64,000 bases of DNA from Azolla caroliniana (lineage: Eukaryota > Plantae > Polypodiophyta). The stretch covers positions 8,246,001 through 8,310,000 of the forward strand of contig JBHGNT010000018.1 in NCBI GenBank assembly GCA_043228905.1, given 5' to 3'. The notes beneath the pieces were generated by a model, which ran no database searches, was not told the DNA's origin, and saw nothing but the letters and a program-made list of their open reading frames with translations. Both the position numbers and the translations under genes were made by a program. Position 1 is the first letter of the stretch. Each line of letters starts with the position of its first letter. Positions 62,269-64,000 of this stretch are shown here, in pieces.

Positions 62269-62461
62269 CTCTGGTTTGGACCTCCTTAAGCCTTCTTGCC
62301 AGCTGGATAACAATCCACGATGGATCGAAGCCATGAATGAAGAAATGTAGGGTTTAAGCAAAAACGAGACATGGGATCTCATCCCCCATACTTCAAGCAA
62401 GAAAGCAATCAGTTGTAGATGCATTTTCAAAGTAAAATATAATGTTGACAGCTCGGTAAAT
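62269..62461 (+). pseudogene. Copia RT N-terminal fragment (possibly the internal region of element E)
   Basis: NPRWIEAMNEEM*GLSKNETWDLIP..KKAISCRCIFKVKYNVDSSVN. Confidence 0.8.
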
Positions 62462-63726
62462 TGTTGTCTCCTTCCTCAATGAGAACACCTTCTATTAGTT
62501 CTAGTGTAATCGGCTCAAGGAATCATGGTTACGTAGGAATGGAAACACAGGGGTGTCAGAAGCTGATCAAGTACAAAAATTGTTGGTCACAATTCGGCCT
62601 TACGACTTGCACTTAACACAGGGACAAAAATCCAATAGTACAGATGAATAGTTGATGACATAAATAGATTAGAACCACAACAAGTATATTATAAGATTAG
62701 GATAAAATTATTACACGGCTCACGGCCGAGATTTCTATTCACTCTCTCTAATAGAAAACAAGACATACAATTCGTTCTCTCTAATAGGGGATCTCCTTTC
62801 CTCTCTCTCTTATCCCGCATCATTTCCTACTGCTTCGGCTCATCTTTTATAGCTCTCGTCTCCTTGGGCGCGCTCCTATTACTTCTCTCGGTTACGACCT
62901 CCAAACTCGGTTGTGTATATTTCGTTTACCTTCTCCATTCTTGGTCAGTTCATTCCCTCCTACCTTACCTACTTGTTAGATTCGTTTCATACTTATTGCC
63001 TCTTTATCCCACAGATAACACTTGGCATGCCCGTGGGACACCCAAAACTCACAAAAAATCGAAAGCGAAACATGTTATGTTATAGTCATTCTTCTTCCAA
63101 AATGGCGAGGATGTCCTTGAGATGTGGCTATGTCAGTGTTGGAGGTGGCTCTTCTTCTGTGAGCTCATTGGTGCGTAACTCGACTAATATATCCAGTTGC
63201 TTGTCTTGAGTCTCCTTCGTGGATTCTGGAACCATTGCTTCTGGATGTGGTTTCATGATCGGTGCATCCACTTGCTCGGTTACTACTCTCAACCGTGGTT
63301 CTTTTTCTTCTTTCGGTGCCTGTGCGGCTTCATTGATTTCATTGGCTATTGATGCTTGTGCGGTGGCTTCTGCTTCCTTTTTAGCGAGGAGTCGCTCTTG
63401 TTCATAGGTTTCCGCATCCAATCTCTACAGCATTTCATTGTCATTGAATTCCTCAACGAGGTGTCCGATCGTAGTCATGTGTGTTTGCACCAAGGCGTGG
63501 AATTCCTCGGCGACATCTTCGCGTAGGATTTGGATGTTGTTTTCATCCATTTTGTAAAAACCACAACCTTCTTTTCTCCGATTTTCAGCATCTGATCGAA
63601 AGACCTTTAATTCGGCTGCCCTAGTCGACCATTCAGTCCAGTCACGAGCGAGTGTCTCCTCAACTTTTTGATTAAGCTGTATTCAGCATTTGGCCACTGT
63701 GGCTTTGATTCGTTCTTCCCCCACTT
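62462..63726 (-). mobile_element. G5: 3' LTR (62462-63020) and extra-ORF C-terminus of a third G2/G4-like Gypsy
   Basis: TGTTGTCT..AGATAACA ends, TATA on -; translation DWTEWSTRAAELKVFRSDAENRRKEGCGFY at about 63550-63645. Confidence 0.8.
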
Positions 63727-64000
63727 TGACAAGAACTACGCGCTCTCTAAACACAACGCTCGGCCACAACCGAGTCTAGGATCAAACACAGAAAACGGGT
63801 AATGTACGCACGACACAGTGAAGAGAAGAGTACACAGGATGTTAACGTGGAAAACCCAAACTAGGGAAAAACCACGGCAGCCCACAGACTGCAAACTATC
63901 ACTATATCACAATGTACAATAGTGAAGCACCGAGGCAACGACCTCGAGCTTGCTATCTTCGCCATATGCGGCGGTTACAACAGAGGTAACGACCCCTTCC
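63727..64000 (-). repeat. Tork-like (C/D family) LTR truncated by the window edge
   Basis: tgacaagaactac start; acgtggaaaaccc..gggaaaaaccacgg and aactatcactat blocks. Confidence 0.9.

Overview
This window is a stack of nested transposable elements with no recognisable host gene. The element mix (Tork-like Copia, Tcn1-like chromoviruses, non-chromovirus Gypsy with a 3' extra ORF) suggests a non-seed land plant such as a fern, lycophyte or bryophyte; that is inference. It holds three full-length Tork/Tnt1-like Copia copies (A1 4616-9875, A2 23093-28475, A3 37742-42960), older Copia relics (B, C, D, E), four solo LTRs with perfect 5-bp TSDs, and a full-length chromovirus (H2 48204-53883) plus a fragment of a relative (H1). 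There are also five non-chromovirus Gypsy relics (G1-G5), a 5'-truncated LINE, and a large decayed DNA transposon (15653-30767) with a DDD/E transposase and a convergent spliced accessory gene. The strongest signals: (1) two diverged Gypsy elements (G2, G5) lack a polypurine tract and carry, 2 nt from the 3' LTR, a conserved 20-mer resembling a tRNA-Arg 3' end, suggesting plus-strand priming by a second tRNA or tRNA mimic; (2) the DNA transposon accessory gene encodes a RING-H2-like finger plus an FCP1/NIF-like phosphatase domain, with palindromic TAGCTAATTAGCTA arrays in introns; (3) a conserved GGAUUUU -1 frameshift with a candidate pseudoknot lies between protease and RT in G1/G3; (4) the chromovirus shows Tf1-type self-priming, a GUUAAAC frameshift and a tRNA-like segment in U3; (5) the 3' extra ORF of three Gypsy elements shares an unnamed conserved domain. 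All alignments and counts were done by eye; no database searches were run.
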